A stretch of DNA of 64,000 bases from contig OZ024743.1 in the NCBI GenBank assembly GCA_964016885.1, forward strand, positions 51,832,001 to 51,896,000. Reading direction: 5' to 3'. The stretch's first letter is position 1; every line of letters starts with the position of its first letter. Position numbers and translations under genes: made by a program. Source of the stretch: Eledone cirrhosa. Taxonomy: Eukaryota. A model generated the notes under the pieces. That model saw only the letters and a program-made list of their open reading frames with translations, made no database searches and was not told the DNA's origin. Shown in pieces: positions 63,240 to 64,000 of the stretch.

Positions 63240-64000
63240 ATTCATCCACCTCTCTACCCATCCATCCACCCATCCAACCATCTACCCACCCATCTGCCCA
63301 TTCAACCATCTACCCATCCATCCACCCATCCAACCATCTACCCACCCATCCTACCATCCACCCATCCTACCCTCTATCCATCCACCCATCCAACCATCTA
63401 CCCATTCATCCACCCATCCTACCCTCTATCCATCCACCCATTCAACAATATACCCTCCAACCCATCTAACCAACCATCTAACCAACCCTCCTGCTATTAC
63501 TAACCATCCACCTGTCTACGACGCAGCCATACCATCGACCATCTATCTCACACTATCCATTCATCCATCTGCACATCTATCTATCAATCTATCCACCCAC
63601 CCACCTGTTACTAACCACCACCACCACCACCACCACCACCCACCTGTTACTAACCACCACCACCACCACCACCACCCACTTGTTACTAACCACCACCACC
63701 ACCACCAGCCACCTGTTACTAACCCCCCCACCCCGTTACTAACCACCACCACCACCACCATCACCACCACCATCACCACCACCACCACCACCACCCCCTG
63801 TTACTAACCACTACCACCACCACCACCACCCACCTGTTACTAACCACCACCCACCCAAACATGCAACCAATCAGTCATCTGTTGTTAATCTACAACTCTC
63901 TCCATCTATCAATAGAACTAGCTTATAGTAGTAGTAGTAGTGGAGGTGGTAGTAGTGGTGGTAGTAGTAGTGGTGGTAGTAGTAGTGGTAGTAGTAGTAG
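63240..64000. repeat. (CCAT)n, (CCA)n and (GTA)n simple repeats and minisatellites
   Basis: Direct inspection. Confidence 0.92.

Overview
AT-rich, repeat-saturated animal DNA, intronic or intergenic. The SINE/RTE/Penelope repertoire resembles what I recall of octopus genomes; the taxon is an inference. No host protein-coding gene can be established, only a few weak minus-strand exon candidates. Main contents: an apparently intact Penelope-like element (PLE; 742-aa RT plus GIY-YIG ORF, pseudo-LTRs with hammerhead ribozymes, inserted in (TA)n); several non-autonomous PLE-type elements and inverted repeats carrying about 8-9 different hammerhead (HHR) families; RTE, R4/Dong, CRE and CR1/L2-type LINE fragments; a mariner relic; a hAT-type MITE; many tRNA-derived SINEs; a 12.3-kb 54-bp satellite; a 48-bp satellite; and many mini- and microsatellites. 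The most striking observation is two diverged copies (43042-43143 and 61301-61402) of an RNA motif with all hammerhead catalytic-core blocks in a scrambled order that is not a circular permutation (UH, then GAAA, then CUGAUGA), with compensatory base changes in its helices. It is a candidate pseudoknotted hammerhead ribozyme carried by a PLE-like mobile element.
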